DNA of 64,000 nt from Rhizodiscina lignyota. Taxonomy: Eukaryota. Positions 49,113 to 62,364 of the stretch are shown here, in pieces (position 1 is the first letter of the stretch; each line of letters opens with the position of its first letter). The notes beneath the pieces were generated by a model. That model worked only from the letters and a program-made list of their open reading frames with translations. It was not told the DNA's origin and made no database searches. The stretch spans positions 372,001 through 436,000 of the forward strand of contig ML978133.1 of the NCBI GenBank assembly GCA_010015805.1, in the 5' to 3' direction. The translations under genes and the position numbers were made by a program.

Positions 49113-50637
49113 GCGACGATGCCAAGGGGTGGAAAAAATTTATGTAGGTGTGTGTGTGTGCATGAAAGAGGTGCATGCGCTGGAAAGCGAGATGACAGGT
49201 ACAATGGCGTTTTTGAGCACGGGGTGGCATTTTGACCGTGCAATTGGCGAGCCTTTGACGTTCTGCGCACGATGTATACCCCCAGTCGGAGCGTCGCTTG
49301 ATGTCTGTGATGCTTATACGTACACCATTTTCTTCAATCGCGTGTTAGCCGAGTCGACATAAAAGTCGTCTATAAGGCGGAATTGCAAAAAAAACCTCCG
49401 CTGCTGACATTTCTTCTTACCAAGTGCGAACATCGCTCCGATTGCGCTGAGGCTTGGAAGATACCTATGCAAGATCTCTATCGCAAAAGCGCCGCTTTAG
49501 GATGAATCGAAGGCTGAGCAAATTACTTGCACTGTTATGGCCCTGGCCTTGCACCGAGTCTTAGCTGGCATGTACTCCGTACATTGACCACCCTACTTCG
49601 CTTTTCTAGCTACATATGCCCGACATAGGCTAAAGCTCTTGTTGTATACCTAATCGTCTAGTCTCACCCTTGTCAGCCGTTTAGCTGACTTCCGTGTCTT
49701 GGGGGAAAAAACTTGCTGTGCCTTGTGGCATAAATAGACACTCTAGATACGAAGTCTGCCCGTACCCGTGTAAAGACGCCGGCAAAATTCGCCGATAGGA
49801 TAATGTGTGAGAAAACGCGCCGAGCGTGGGAGATCGGATTCCAGGGGCTTGGGGGGATGTCTCACCGACACGTTGAGCCAGGGCCATTCCTCTAGCGAGA
49901 AACTTCGGTCACGTAGAAAGCAAGGTTGGAACAAACGCAGCAGTTCTGAGGACATTACGTGGATCGGAATTAATATAATTGTACATTAGACAGACGACTA
50001 GTAGTAGCGCCCCAAAGATACATGGTAGGCAAGACAGCTGACCGCCCTTGGAATGGTCCGATCAAAAGTTGGATTTTGGGGCTGAAGAAAGTTCGAGTAG
50101 CGGGCCCAAGAATAAGTTTTCTCGACAGAAGAACATGTCCTAGCCAACAAGGTGCGGCTGTCAGGCGCGTGTGCGCAATGTGTTTCCTAACGTCTCTCTT
50201 CGTTTCCGGTGCCTCATTCGGTTCCGGATACATCCCAAGTGATTTCCTCCTCATAGTACACTCTGAAGCGAGCTATTAGAAAAGACGGTATTATGGCCAC
50301 TCGACTTCTTCAAAAACAGGAAATGTTGAAGGAGCGGCTGTGGTGTGTGTGTGTATTCTCTTCCTCCCAAAAAGCAACGAACGCCCGCTAGTTCGATCCC
50401 AAAAAATCCAGAATATCACAGGACATGACGTGATTCCGTTAATACTTCAAACAGATAAGACATTGTAATTTCCCGCGGATGCGAGGAAGCAGAGGAAAAG
50501 GCAAGCTTTTTCCAAAAATACATGTACGGGGAGGAGTAGATAGGTTAGTAGACAGAGGAAAAGGTGGAAGGGAAGAAGGTGGGTATATGCATTACATAAG
50601 AAAAGATTCCAGGTCATTTTTCCACGTCAAATATCGC

Positions 50638-53030
50638 CTATGATGACGTTTGCCCTTCGAAGTCTCTTGGTCCCTGGTTGGCAAAATGATAGATTTTCGG
50701 AGGGATATTCTCCTTGAGGCCGTTGCTTGGGCTTGCGCTGTTCTTAGCCCTGCCTTGAGCAGAAGGCGGGCTGTACTCGTGGACGGCAAAATCTGCAGTG
50801 AGCATGTTGCTCTGCTGCATTAGCATTGGCGCCGGTGCAGGCTGCGGCGGCGTTGGGAAAGCTGCCGTGGTTTGCGACGGCAAAGTGACCTGGGGTTGCG
50901 GTGGCTGGGGGCCATGTGAGAATTGCGGGCGGTTGTATGGCATAGGTTGATAGGTCAGAGGCATGTCTCCAGTGGGTGCGTTGAGCACCGGTACCTGCGG
51001 CATGGCCATGTTGACGTTTTCTGGAAGTGAGGGCCGTCGCATGTGAGCCATGTGCGCTGCGTTAACCGAGAGGTTGTCATGCATTTGCGGAGCAGGCGGA
51101 GGAGGGAAGGCGGCAAAAGTCTGCTGAGTTGCAGGGGCGGATTGCGGGGGCGTGTCGCGGTAGAGGGAAACATTTCGGAGGTAAGTCTGGTATTGCGTTT
51201 GTTCTGTCTCGATAGGTGTCTCCGGAGGAGATGAGACGTGATGGAAGAGGGCAGGAGACTCGCTTGTCCAAGAGACGGCGATGCCATTGGGACTGCCATG
51301 ATCAACTGAGGTGTTGACCGAAGGGTGGCTTTGCCACGAGGGGAAGCGGGCGCCTTCATTTGGAGTTAAAGGTGTGGGAGGCGCAAGGCTGACTTGGCCC
51401 GGACTCGAGACTGTTGCGTACTGGGAAGCATGACGAGCAAACTTCGGCGATGCTGCAGCCTCGGCAAAAGTCATGTTTAGAGGAGAACGTTGGCCAGACC
51501 CATTTCCGGGCTTCTGAACCCGGCAATTCTGCACACCAGGTACACCGCTGGACCGAATGCGGCGAAGAGATTGATCTGGGGCAGCCAAGTTTGCGTTGGC
51601 TCCTGGGGAGACTGGCATCCCTGCACTGTATGAAGCGCTACGAAGAGCCGCCTGGCCAAGAGCCGCTGGCCTGGGACGTTGCCGACGGGCGGCAAGACTT
51701 GAAGGCTCTCCAGGTTGCTTGAAAGCGGCATCCATACTTGCTGAGCGTTGTTGAATGTCGACGTTGCTCATGGATTCGGCTAAGCCGTTGGTAGACGATG
51801 GCCGACGTGAGAAAGCTTCTGGAGGCAGGCTGCCATTTGGGTCCAGCTCCCCGAGCTTCTGGTCTGGTTGATTTGGCGGCGTAGGTGGAAAGTTTTGCGA
51901 GCTAGCGGGTCGGGGAACTTCCTCCGGTGATACGCTCTGGTCCATTGGTAGCTGTGGCTGGGTCCAGTAGGACGAGCCATCCTCCGGAGGGGACGAGTAT
52001 GCGGCCTGTGGCATATGCGGGCCCTGTGAGAAAGTGATGGTAGGCTTGTCCTCGACCCATTCAGTGGAGCCAAGAGTCGGTACCGACATTGCGCCGACGG
52101 ATGAAGGCATTGTCGAATTGGACTGGACACTGGACAGGGTGGATGGAATAGATGGGGTAGAGCCATTGCTCTGCGTGGCTTGCATTGGCGCGCTGGGAGG
52201 CACGAAGTTTTGGTAGTCGAAACCGTCGCCATTCCCGGGTATTTCGCCGAATGGGGCACCAAAGTCCTGGACATTGGTCATCTGGTATTGAGGATCGAAC
52301 ATGAAGTCTTGCGGACCATCGTATGTCATGTAGTTCGGCTTGGCAGCAATGCTGCTAATATCGAGCCCGTCGATGGCATATCCTGACGCAGCCAAGTTGT
52401 GCATGATATCATCGCTTGTTGCGGCGTTGTGTGCCTCCGGAATCGACCCGAGCATGCCCATCAGTTGTGGATGTTGCGGTGGCATGGAAAAGTTGGGATT
52501 GTGAGGGTCCATCGGTGCTCGGGTCGCATCGGGTGGGAAAGCTGATTGATCCAGATGCGGGTTCGCAGCATAGTATTCATGAGACTGTGGAGCTGGCTGA
52601 TTGTTCATCTGAGCCATGGCTAATTGCTGCTGGTACATGTTGTACGCATTCATCTGTTTCTTGATATCCTGCTTAACTTTTGCTCTCCGGTTCTGGAACC
52701 AGTTCTGGACTGAGTCAGCTATAATGCGATTGCGGCAGGAGTAGTAGTGAGACAAACATTGATCTTATCCAGAGGCACACCCAAGCTCTCTGCGAAACCC
52801 TTCTTGGTATTCGTGCTGGGTTTGGCCTGCTGTTGGAAGTGTGCCTCGAGGATGTCGTGCTGCTCTTTCGTCAGGCGAGGCTTTACGTCTCCGACGACAT
52901 GGATAACTGGTTGCTGCGGTCGTTTCGGGTCCTGGGAGCCATTTGACATTTGCGGAGCACTCTGTGGATGGTTCATGTTGTGCGGACCGTTGGCCCAGGG
53001 CTGCTGCACCATGGCTCCGTACTGAGCCAT
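50638..53030 (-). CDS. Homeobox transcription factor, HbxA/Hbx1/Htf1-like; intron 52705-52757
   Basis: KPRLTKEQHDILEAHF...KPSTNTKKGFAESLGVPLDKIN|NWFQNRRAKVKQ; conserved-looking LAARRQRPRPAALG, LRRIRS and TPPQSAPA blocks. Confidence 0.9.
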
Positions 53031-56000
53031 GACCAGAGAAATCCGATAAGAGTCGGAGGGCGTCAGCGGCTCTGATTGGGATGGAAGTGCTCTCAGAGAT
53101 GGATTCCACGCGGTTCAGACGTGATTGAGCGCGATCCAAGCTGTATCGGCGTCGGCAGGGCGAAATACGGGTTGGCTAATAATTTTCCTGTTCGCGGAGA
53201 ATAGGATCGGAAGCGACGGTGATAGCTCTAAAGCGAGAGGCGGCCAGTGCAAGCGAGTGACTGGGAAATTAAAATTAAAAAGGCATGAAGTAACGAAGGA
53301 AGAGAGGGCCGGCGAAGGCACGGAAAGCGAATGTCGAGTTGCGCAGAGGTTGCAAGCTGGAGAGGAGAGGGGAAGAAGGGAAGGGTCGGCGGCGGACCAG
53401 AGGTCTTTGAGCGAGAGGCACGATGGTGGCAGTGGCAGTGAAACGACAGGACGAGCTTCGGGGGGTTCTGCGCAGGCGTGCGTGCAGCGTGCAGCGCGCT
53501 GGCAAAAGAGCGAGCGAACGGCCGGGGCACTGCGGGAGAGAGGCTGCACAGCCCTCAGATCCGCTCACACACGACGCTGTCATGCGGCATGGGGGACAGG
53601 CACGACAGGCCGTCGCTTCACTCAAGCTTCGAGGGCGCGCCCAGCAAGCCAGCAGTGAACCTGCCGACCCGAGCAGGGCAGTCCTGGGTGCCTGACGAAG
53701 CAGGCCCAGCACGACGTTAAAGGGGGATCGCCGCTGATTGGCGGGCCGCGGGTAAGACCAAGCTGCGCTGCAGAGCAGCACGACGAGCGTCTGCGCGCGT
53801 TTCTAAAAACAACGCGCCTCTCACCACACCTGCCCTCGTACCCCTGTGTGACGGCCGGCGAGCGCGAAGTCGCGCACCACGCTCTCTCACGCCCGCTTCG
53901 CCACGCTCGAGGGCAGCGACGAGTGTCTGATGTCGCTCTCGCCATGACGAGCGTGCGCGGGTGGAGCATCGCGCGATGCCCCCGGCCCTTTTGCCTTCTG
54001 CCATCTGCCGCACTGCCAGCAGATCGCCGGCGCCGGCGCACGCCGCCTGCTGCCCATCGTCACAAAGAGGCTCTGAAGACACAGGAAACTGCGTCTTGGC
54101 GCGCCGTCAGGTCTTGTCGTCAGGCCGTGGCGTTTTCGCCGCGCCGTGCTGATTGGAGAGGGCGCCGGGTGATCCACGGTAGCGCTCACTCGCCGTCCGC
54201 ATAAGGATGAATTCATCTTATCCTCCGCCTTTCGGGACTGGAGCACGGCCTCACCCACGCGATATTCTCCTTCCCGCACTTCCCCAAGGTCACTTGGGCG
54301 TGCGATCTGCTCGGTTTTGTATATATTAATTTATCGATGCTCTTCTTGCAACATTGAATTGCGTACATCGCTCCCGATTTCCTCTCCGCCAGCCGTCGAG
54401 AATCGCATCGCGCCCGTTCCGGTAAGGCGCGCGACCAGAGAAAAGTTTGTTCCAAATTGCACAGCGTCGAACGGCCCAGCGACTCTTTTGCTCGAGATAA
54501 TGCGCTGCTCGCTCCCATTGGCCCTCTGCAGCAGGTCCGCTGCCAGCGCATCGCCGGCCATCTGATCTCATCACCCTTTTGCCTGATGACTGGTTACTCC
54601 CTCGGTCGCCCAGCACACACTGCGGGCCGGCTCAAAGGCCGCAAAGGCTGTTCCTCTATGCGCCTGAATTGGCGTATCGCTCTCGTGCGACCCCTCTGAC
54701 AACCTGTAGGCCTTGCAATTGGGTCGCTTGCGCTGCTCCAGGGGCTTTCCGGCACCCGTCCGCGATGGCTGAGTGTAGGTTCTGTTTGCCGGATTTGGTT
54801 CCGCGGCCTTCGTGTACCTTGCAGAACACATCTTGTATGGCCTGCCGTGCGACTTTCTAGACCTCGACTCTAGAGGCGTGCGAAAATAGCAACGCCATGG
54901 GGTTTCTTTGCTACATCTCCTCAAATCTCGGAATCTTGTTCGCCTGCAGATTCAAGAAGCGAATGCGAACGCATCTACCAATTGCATGAAGGCTGTTCTG
55001 CTGCAAGATGCTGCACGCAGCCCGCGAATGTCCGTCTCTTATTCATGAAGCCGCTTATCGACATCTTCATTCGTCCAGAAAACTGGAGTTCAATTGCCGA
55101 TCGGTGTGATTCAGGACATGCTCAGAACGCTTTGGGTAGAGCTGGAGAGGTGAAGTCGTCTTTGAGTTTGACGCGGCTGGGGGTTGAGGAAGGCGCGACT
55201 GGCACAGCCCAGAACTACAGTACCATTCGCCAGCAGCAGAGACAAGGGCAGCAGGGCTGGCACTATCATCAACTATCAACACGTACAACGTCTGATTCCT
55301 TTCACGCAGCTTCTGCTGGCTATGCATGAAGCAAACGACGTTCAGGCGTCTCACAGCTCGTGCTCAGCCTTGGCTTCGGCTTGACGACGCCGTCTCGCGC
55401 GCGCGCGTACAGACTCCAGCTCCTCAAAGTCCTCCAGTCCAGCACGACCTCGTATGCGCTGCCTAGGCGAGGTGGCTGCGTGGCGAACGACCACGACTTC
55501 AGCTCCTCGCTAGAACGTCAAGACGCAAGGAACTGCCCGGCCAAGAATAATCAGTCCATTTCATTCATTTCTTTGTCCATCTCTATTTCTCTCAATGCGC
55601 TGTAACAGTTCTAGAAAACGCGGTTCCGCAATCCATGCAATGCGATGCAACCTCTCACCCTCATTTCAGTGACAGGTCTCGTCGCACCTTTCTGTCGGGT
55701 ATTGCCCTCGCATAGCACGTGGAATCTTCAATGCTCTTATACCAGGTAACAGGTCCTGTAAGACTTCCTCCCGGGTGTTCACCTCGTGGCCACGTGCGAA
55801 CTCGAGCGCCCTGGCTGCACGTCGCGATCCTCGCATTCGCATCTCATACCAAGTAGACGGACCTGGAACACACTTCATCGGGAGTTTGCATTGCAGAACA
55901 CGTGGGAATTGACTGCAAAACCCAATAGAGCTCAGATGTTCGAGCACAGAAGCAATAGATGACCGCCTGTTCTACGTATCATCCATCGCCAAAGGGAGGA

Positions 56001-56198
56001 AGAGAATTCAATACCTTCTGTGAACTCCCGCTCGTCTATCCTTCTATTATCCTAAGAGAAGAGCCAGTCATACCCACGAACTCCATAGCCTTCTATCAGT
56101 GCAAATAATCTCTCCGTTTCTCTTAGGAATTCCATCATCGATCGTTCTCTTCATTAGATGCCCAGTGAATCCTTCTAGTTTACCCATCTTCCCATCAG

Positions 56199-57106
56199 CT
56201 AGTCCTGCAGTGTTTCCGAGATCTCTACCTTCGCTACCCCCTTCTCCGCATCCCACTCTTTCACCTTCACGCTCCTCATGTCTCTCACAATCCAATCTGC
56301 ACCCGCTTCCTTAAGCTGGCTCGCCTCATGCGTCGTCACCAACGCGCAGACTCTAAACCCAGCCGCCTTTCCAGCCTTCACACCCGCCGGCGCATCCTCC
56401 AACACCAGCACCTCCGGCTCTAGACGCTCCGCCATCTCGATGCCGAGCTTAGAATACCCGAGACGGTAACATGCTGGATCAGGCTTTCCATTCTCGACAG
56501 CTTCGGCAGAGACGAGGTGCTGCGGGTGCGCGAGCTTCATCACGTCGAGCCAGCCGGTTACTAATGGATAAGTGCCGGACGTAACGATAGCCCAAGGGAC
56601 GCCGAGCGCTTGCAACTCGTCGAGCATTGCTCGTGAGCCGGGCAGCTCGACGGCGTCGGCGCCGAATTGCTTTGGTAATTCTCCCTCTATTTTGGCAACA
56701 TCTGTGGCGCAGGTCAGCGAAGGGTTAGACGGAAATGGTCTAGGATCACTTGCATTCGTAGGTGGCCTTAGAGGGGTCGTGCTCCCGTAGAACGTCGATG
56801 GATCGGCGGCCATGGGAGGTCGCGAGGATGACGTTCGGGTCTATACCAAGCTCGTTGCCAATTCTAGCATACCCGTGTGAGATGAGGTACAGGGCTGGTG
56901 CTTCGGGGGCGCATACTTTGTCCAATGCTTTATTATGGCACTAGTGGAGTCTATAATTGTTCCATCCATGTCGAACAGCTATGCACCAAGTCAGAGCTCA
57001 GATGTCACGACGAATCTCAACATTGAGCAGCAGTAACGCTTACAAAGCCATTGAATGAGTGAATCTCTGCCGGTCCCGTAAACGAGGGCTCCGTTGCGTG
57101 TGGCAT
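56199..57106 (-). CDS. HAD-family sugar/glycerol-phosphate phosphatase (Gpp/Dog-like); 3 introns, one GC-AG
   Basis: LFDMDGTIIDST, SHGRRSID, WAIVTSGT, GKPDP, VLEDAPAGVKAGKAAG. Confidence 0.92.
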
Positions 57107-57679
57107 CGTGAATGTGTCTCGGAAACAAAAGAAATCTATGAAGGATCAAAGAAATGACTCAAGAAACGATTCTATATAGCTTCCCAACACGAGCCCAATG
57201 CTTGCTAACCATTTGCCATCTCAGGCCCTTCGCCGATATGCAGAGCGGCGGCTAGGCTCGCCCTTTCCGCCCGGAATTGCGGTGGGAGTTACAATGTCGA
57301 GCTTTATCAGGCAAGCTCTCTAGCCGGCTCTCGTTCTTCTTGTGGTCAATCTCGGGCATATAGTGAAGAGATTTGACCCCTGATACCGTAAAGCTTGCGC
57401 AGTGCACTTCAGGGCTCAAACTCGGTTCCAGCGATGCGCTGGACGTGCACAGCAGCAAAGTCAATGGTCTAGCGCCCAGCCCACGAACTGCCAAAACTTT
57501 CCTCTGTCTCGACATTTTAAGAATAGCCAAAATTTACTTGAAAAGGCAGCTCCGCATTCCGACAATTCCGATAATTAGCCGCGAAATACCGCGAAATCTT
57601 GGCATTGAACTTTTCCTTGGTGGGACAATTTTGTGAGTGTCTTGTGAATATCCAACCCACATCAACCCCAAAAGCAGAT

Positions 57680-59463
57680 ATGAAGGTCGGAAAGCCCAGA
57701 TCCAAGCGCGTGCCAGTGCGCTTGCGCCATAAAATTGAAAAGGCTTCGGCCGCGAAGCAGCGCAAAGAGCGGAAGCAAGCGAAGAAGGTACAGTAAATTC
57801 GCTTAAATTTCGTATCATGGCTTCAGAAGCATTGAAACTAATCAGCTTCTACCTCTAGGATCCAACATGGCGAACACGGCTAAAGAAAGACCCTGGCATA
57901 CCGAATCTGTTTCCGTACAAGGACAAAATACTAGCAGAGATTGAAGAGAAAAAGAGGCAAAAAGAAGCAGATGCCGCGAGAAGGAAAGAAGACACAAAGG
58001 CTCTGAAGGCTGGGAAGAGCGAGGATGCGCAAGCTGACGATGGAGCTGAGGAAGAAGGCGACGATGATGTCTTGTATGACTATGGTAGCGACGAGGGCGA
58101 AGACGAAACCCTACAGGACGATTCGAACCCAATGGCCGCACTGCTAGCGTCGGCCAGAGCTCGTGCTGTAGAACATGACCGTGGAAAAAATGCACATGGC
58201 GACCAGATGGATCAAGATGATAGCGGCTCGTGGGAAGGCTTCGACGAGGATGATTCCCCGCAAGCATTCACCACACAACCACGACCAGACTCGTCACGCC
58301 GCGCATTTACCTCGACATTCAACAATCTTCTGTCGTCCGCAGACGTCGTCCTCTATGTTCTCGATGCTCGCGACCCGCTAGGCACACGATCCCGTGCCAT
58401 TGAGCGACAGATTACAGCCGCCGACTCTGGGTCGAAACGGCTGATTTTGATTCTCAACAAGATTGACCTCGTGCCGCCTCCTGTTCTGAAGGCATGGCTT
58501 GTCCATCTGAGGCGCTACTTCCCGACTCTACCACTTCGTGCCAGCAATCCTGCTGCAAATGCAAAGACATGGGATCATAAGGCTCTTACTGTCAAAGGTA
58601 CCACGGAGACACTTGTGAAGGCTTTGAAGAGCTATGCAGCGAACCAAGGGATGAAGCGCTCAATTAGCGTGGGCGTGATTGGATATCCAAACGTGGGCAA
58701 ATCCAGCGTCATCAATGCGCTTAGGTCGAGGCTGGGAGCACGAAATGATGCATGTCCCGTTGGTGCTGAGGCCGGCGTCACCACTAGCTTGAGAGAAGTC
58801 AAGCTGGACGGCAAGGTCAAATTGATTGATAGTCCAGGCATCGTATTTGCATCGACTGACGAGGATCAAGAGATGGTCGATGTAGCAGACAGAGCTGCTT
58901 CCAAGAAGAGTAAGGATAAGAAAGTAGAAGAGCAAGCGAGGCTCATTCTGCTCAATGCGATTCCACCAAAAGAAATAGACGACCCTATTCCCGCAGTTTC
59001 GCTTCTTTTGAAGCGCCTAACTGCGCTCTCGGACAACGCATCTAGCACTACGCCTTTTGACTCCATGCTATCATACTATGGGATCCCACCTCTACTGTCG
59101 GCTCCGACCGAAGATGGCAAGAGAGACATCACGACCGACTTCCTCGTCCAAGTAGCGCGAAAGCGTGGCCGACTCGGAAAGGGTGGCGTGCCAAATCTGA
59201 ATGCTGCCGCCTTCACCGTCATCATCGATTGGCGCGACGGCAGGATACAAGGCTGGGTCAACGCGCCCAAACTGGCGGTACACGTAGAGGGAGTAGACGA
59301 TGTGGACATGGGTGGTGATGAGAACACTAAAGCGCAAAGTGATGGAAAGATGGTGGATCAGAAGAAGATTGTGACGGAGTGGGCTGCAGAATTCAAGCTA
59401 GAGGGGCTTTGGGGCGACGGTGAAGGTGATGGAGAAGAAGAGGCGCGGATGGATGTTGGCTGA
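57680..59463 (+). CDS. NUG1: Nuclear GTPase Nug1/Grn1 (60S biogenesis); intron 57788-57858
   Basis: SKRVPVRLRHKIEK, KKDPGIPNLFPYK; circularly permuted GTPase motifs VLDARDP, NKIDL, GYPNVGKSS, DSPG; GKGGVPNL. Confidence 0.95.
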
Positions 59464-60296
59464 GAGCGGCAAAATTGCTGAATTCGGCGTGTATCTTTGA
59501 GCGTTTCCTGACCGTGGTCGAACGGTTCATCTCGGGCCATGGCGAATTAATAGCGCTATCCACTTAGCTGTGGACAATGTTCGCATTAAATTATTGCTCC
59601 GACAAGCTGGAGTAAATTGATTGCATTCGACTCCTGAAGTCCAGCATATTGGCGTCATATAATCGATGTGCTTTCCGAGCATCATTGAATATTCACCTGC
59701 AGATGAGACAGCATTTGCGGTGCTCCGTGAAAGGTCAGTTGCATGCCATACGGTATGGCTCATGCATGTCAGATCAACAGGTGATCTCTCTACCAGCATT
59801 TATGTACCATGAGCTAAACAGATCACTGCACACGAAGTTATCACACGATAATATAAGAGAACCAGAGATACTGGAGCTGCTTGAATTTCACAATGACCAT
59901 TGCGCGCTCTAGATTGGAGGTTTAATGTGAACTGTCCTGCGTCACCTGATTGCTTACAATGAACTCAAATTCCTTTCCCATCAACGCGTTTTTTCAGTGA
60001 ACAATACTCAAGACCCAGTTAGGCGGCTTCACTGCATTACTTAGCTATTCTGGACTCGCCAATCACGTATCACTGCTTCGAGAGCATCCTATTCCATTAT
60101 GGCAAGAGTTACGTCCGGAACTCGTCCGAAATTCAACCTGAACCAACTTGAAACAGGTAAATGGGTTTCGAGCTTCATAACTCCATACTACTATCTCCAT
60201 ACTATTGGCAGCATTTTCTCTCCAAAATTGTATCGTTTCCATTAACTATCAGTCCCTCTTTGCCTCAATTGCATCCAGTGTTCATCTTCTGTCACA

Positions 60297-61283
60297 ATGG
60301 GCGCCACATGGTCTCAATTCTTTCCTCCAACGCCCACCCTCACAGAAGCAAACCTTCCGAGTCAGAAAGGCAGAGTATTCATCGTGACCGGCGGCTACTC
60401 AGGCATCGGCCTGGAACTCGCAAGGATCCTATATAATGCCGGCGGCAAAGTCTACATCGCAGGCCGCTCGGTCTCATCCGGGCAGGACGCGCTCCGCACT
60501 ATCAAGTCATCCAACGACACCGCGTCGGCTGGAGAGCTAGAATTCCTGCACATCGACCTCAGCGACTTGCAAGCCGTCAATGCCGCAGCGGAAGAGTTTC
60601 GCGCTAAGGAGTCGAAGCTCGACGTTCTGTTCAACAACGCAGCAGTCTCGATGCCGCCGCCGGGAAACACGACGAAGCAGGGCCATGAACTCCAGCTCGG
60701 CACCAACGCACTGGGCCCATATCTCTTCACGCAACTGCTCATGCCATGCCTCGAGAAAGCAGTGGAGACGGCGCCGAAGGGGTCGGTGAGGGTGGTGTGG
60801 ACAGGGAGTCTCGTGATCGACCAAACTGCGCCGAAAGGCGGGTTCGAGATGAGCAAGATCGACAAGCCCGCGACTAATCTGCCCGGGCAAAGCGACAACT
60901 ACACACTATCGAAGATGGCGAACTGGTTTATTTGTTCGGAGCTAGCGCGACAGTCAGGTGCAGAGGGGAAGGGCATCATGCATATTGTGCAGAATCCGGG
61001 CAATCTGTATACGAACCTCCTTAGGCATCACTCATGGCTACAGTGGTTCGTGAGCCCGCTCCTACACAAGCCGATAATGGGTTCGTATACGGAGCTATGG
61101 GCGGGCTTGAGTGAGGAGTTGACAGTAGAGATGAATGGTTGCTACGTGGTGCCTTGGGGAAGAGTGCATCCCAGTCCTCGGAGAGATTTGCTTGAGGCCT
61201 TGAAGAGCAAGGAAGATGGAGGCACAGGGAGGGCAGCAGAATTTGTGGAGTGGTGTTTCGAGCAGACGAAGGAGTTCAGATGA
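60297..61283 (+). CDS. Short-chain dehydrogenase/reductase (retinol dehydrogenase-like)
   Basis: VTGGYSGIG, LFNNAA, GTNALGP, NYTLSK (YxxxK), NPGNLYT, YVVPWGR. Confidence 0.92.
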   Translation: MGATWSQFFPPTPTLTEANLPSQKGRVFIVTGGYSGIGLELARILYNAGGKVYIAGRSVSSGQDALRTIKSSNDTASAGELEFLHIDLSDLQAVNAAAEEFRAKESKLDVLFNNAAVSMPPPGNTTKQGHELQLGTNALGPYLFTQLLMPCLEKAVETAPKGSVRVVWTGSLVIDQTAPKGGFEMSKIDKPATNLPGQSDNYTLSKMANWFICSELARQSGAEGKGIMHIVQNPGNLYTNLLRHHSWLQWFVSPLLHKPIMGSYTELWAGLSEELTVEMNGCYVVPWGRVHPSPRRDLLEALKSKEDGGTGRAAEFVEWCFEQTKEFR

Positions 61284-61354
61284 GGCGTTTCGCTTCATTG
61301 GTGTGGAATGTTGTCAAAGCTATTGTAAGATAATTGCTAAAAAGAGAATTAGAT

Positions 61355-62364
61355 TTACTCATCCAGGCCATACTGGATCACGAGAACGGCATGAACCATC
61401 ACTGCCACAATAGCACTGTATACCAACGTCCTTCCGAAAGCAGCTCTGAGCCGTTGATCATGGCGGGTATGCTCTTGCATAATCCGCTCAACATCGTCGT
61501 ACCGCCTCCTCCCATCGGCGTACCGAGATTCAGATATGATCAGAGGTGACTTCTCGGTGACCGTTTGCCCAATCTCAACGTCGAAAGAGCCTGAACCATC
61601 GAGATGTGCCTCGTGCAGGGTTCCGTCCTGAACTCCCCTTTTTACCGCGGCGATTGATTTGATGGAAAGGGTGAATGGGCCTTCTTGGTCGCCAAAGAAG
61701 CTAGTACTAACTGTTAAGAATAATTTAGGATTAACTTCAAAACAAAGTACTTGCCTTCGACACAAGATGCTAAAGCGCTTGATGTTCTTCAGATCCAATT
61801 CGGGTGCATCAGGTTTCGGTTTGCCACGATATGTAGCTTTGAGGTCTGACCACGGAATGAATATGGCGTCATCTCCGTCCTTTAATACTCTCGAATCGAA
61901 ACTAAAGTCGAATTCGTATGAGGTCGTAGACTGCTCCCGGCCATTCTCTGGATTTCTCGGTAGCAATTCGTCTTTGATTGTGAATGTGTATTTCATCGCT
62001 AGTTTGAAGCGTCAACTTTGAGATCGTAAGATTTGTTGGTCAACTAACAATCAGCCTTCTTAATCTTCAACTCAACTCCATCGTACTTCGAAAGGTCCCA
62101 TGATCGTTCGTCTCCACTCGTCCTCTGTGAAGCGAATCCTGCTCCACCAAGCGTTTTGATGTCAAGCGTGCCTCTGAACTTGGCGGCGGAGAATGAGGCA
62201 TTGATATCTAGATATGATTCGGATTTGCCGCCTCGGACTGTGTCGTTACTGGCGCTCCAATCGGCGGAGTTCCATTTTCTGATAATCGTCAGTAAATTGT
62301 CTGTTTAAGACTTGGGACGGTCATACTTGTCACCACCAAACAGATATACCCGCTTCGGATGCAT
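61355..62364 (-). CDS. CIA30-family protein with a C-terminal hydrophobic tail; 3 introns, one GC-AG
   Basis: YLFGG, WSASNDTVRGGKSES, GTLDIKTLGGAGFASQRT, WDLSKYDG, IPWSDLKATYRGK, R|SFFGDQEGPF. Confidence 0.88.

Noticed and set aside
50380..50410. GTTCGATCCC resembling a tRNA T-loop
   Set aside because: No acceptor stem, D arm or A-box can be built around it.
53115..54924. Many overlapping 80-180-aa ORFs upstream of the homeobox gene
   Set aside because: These Arg/Ala-rich ORFs are expected in GC-rich non-coding DNA; no consistent frame, motif or splice structure.
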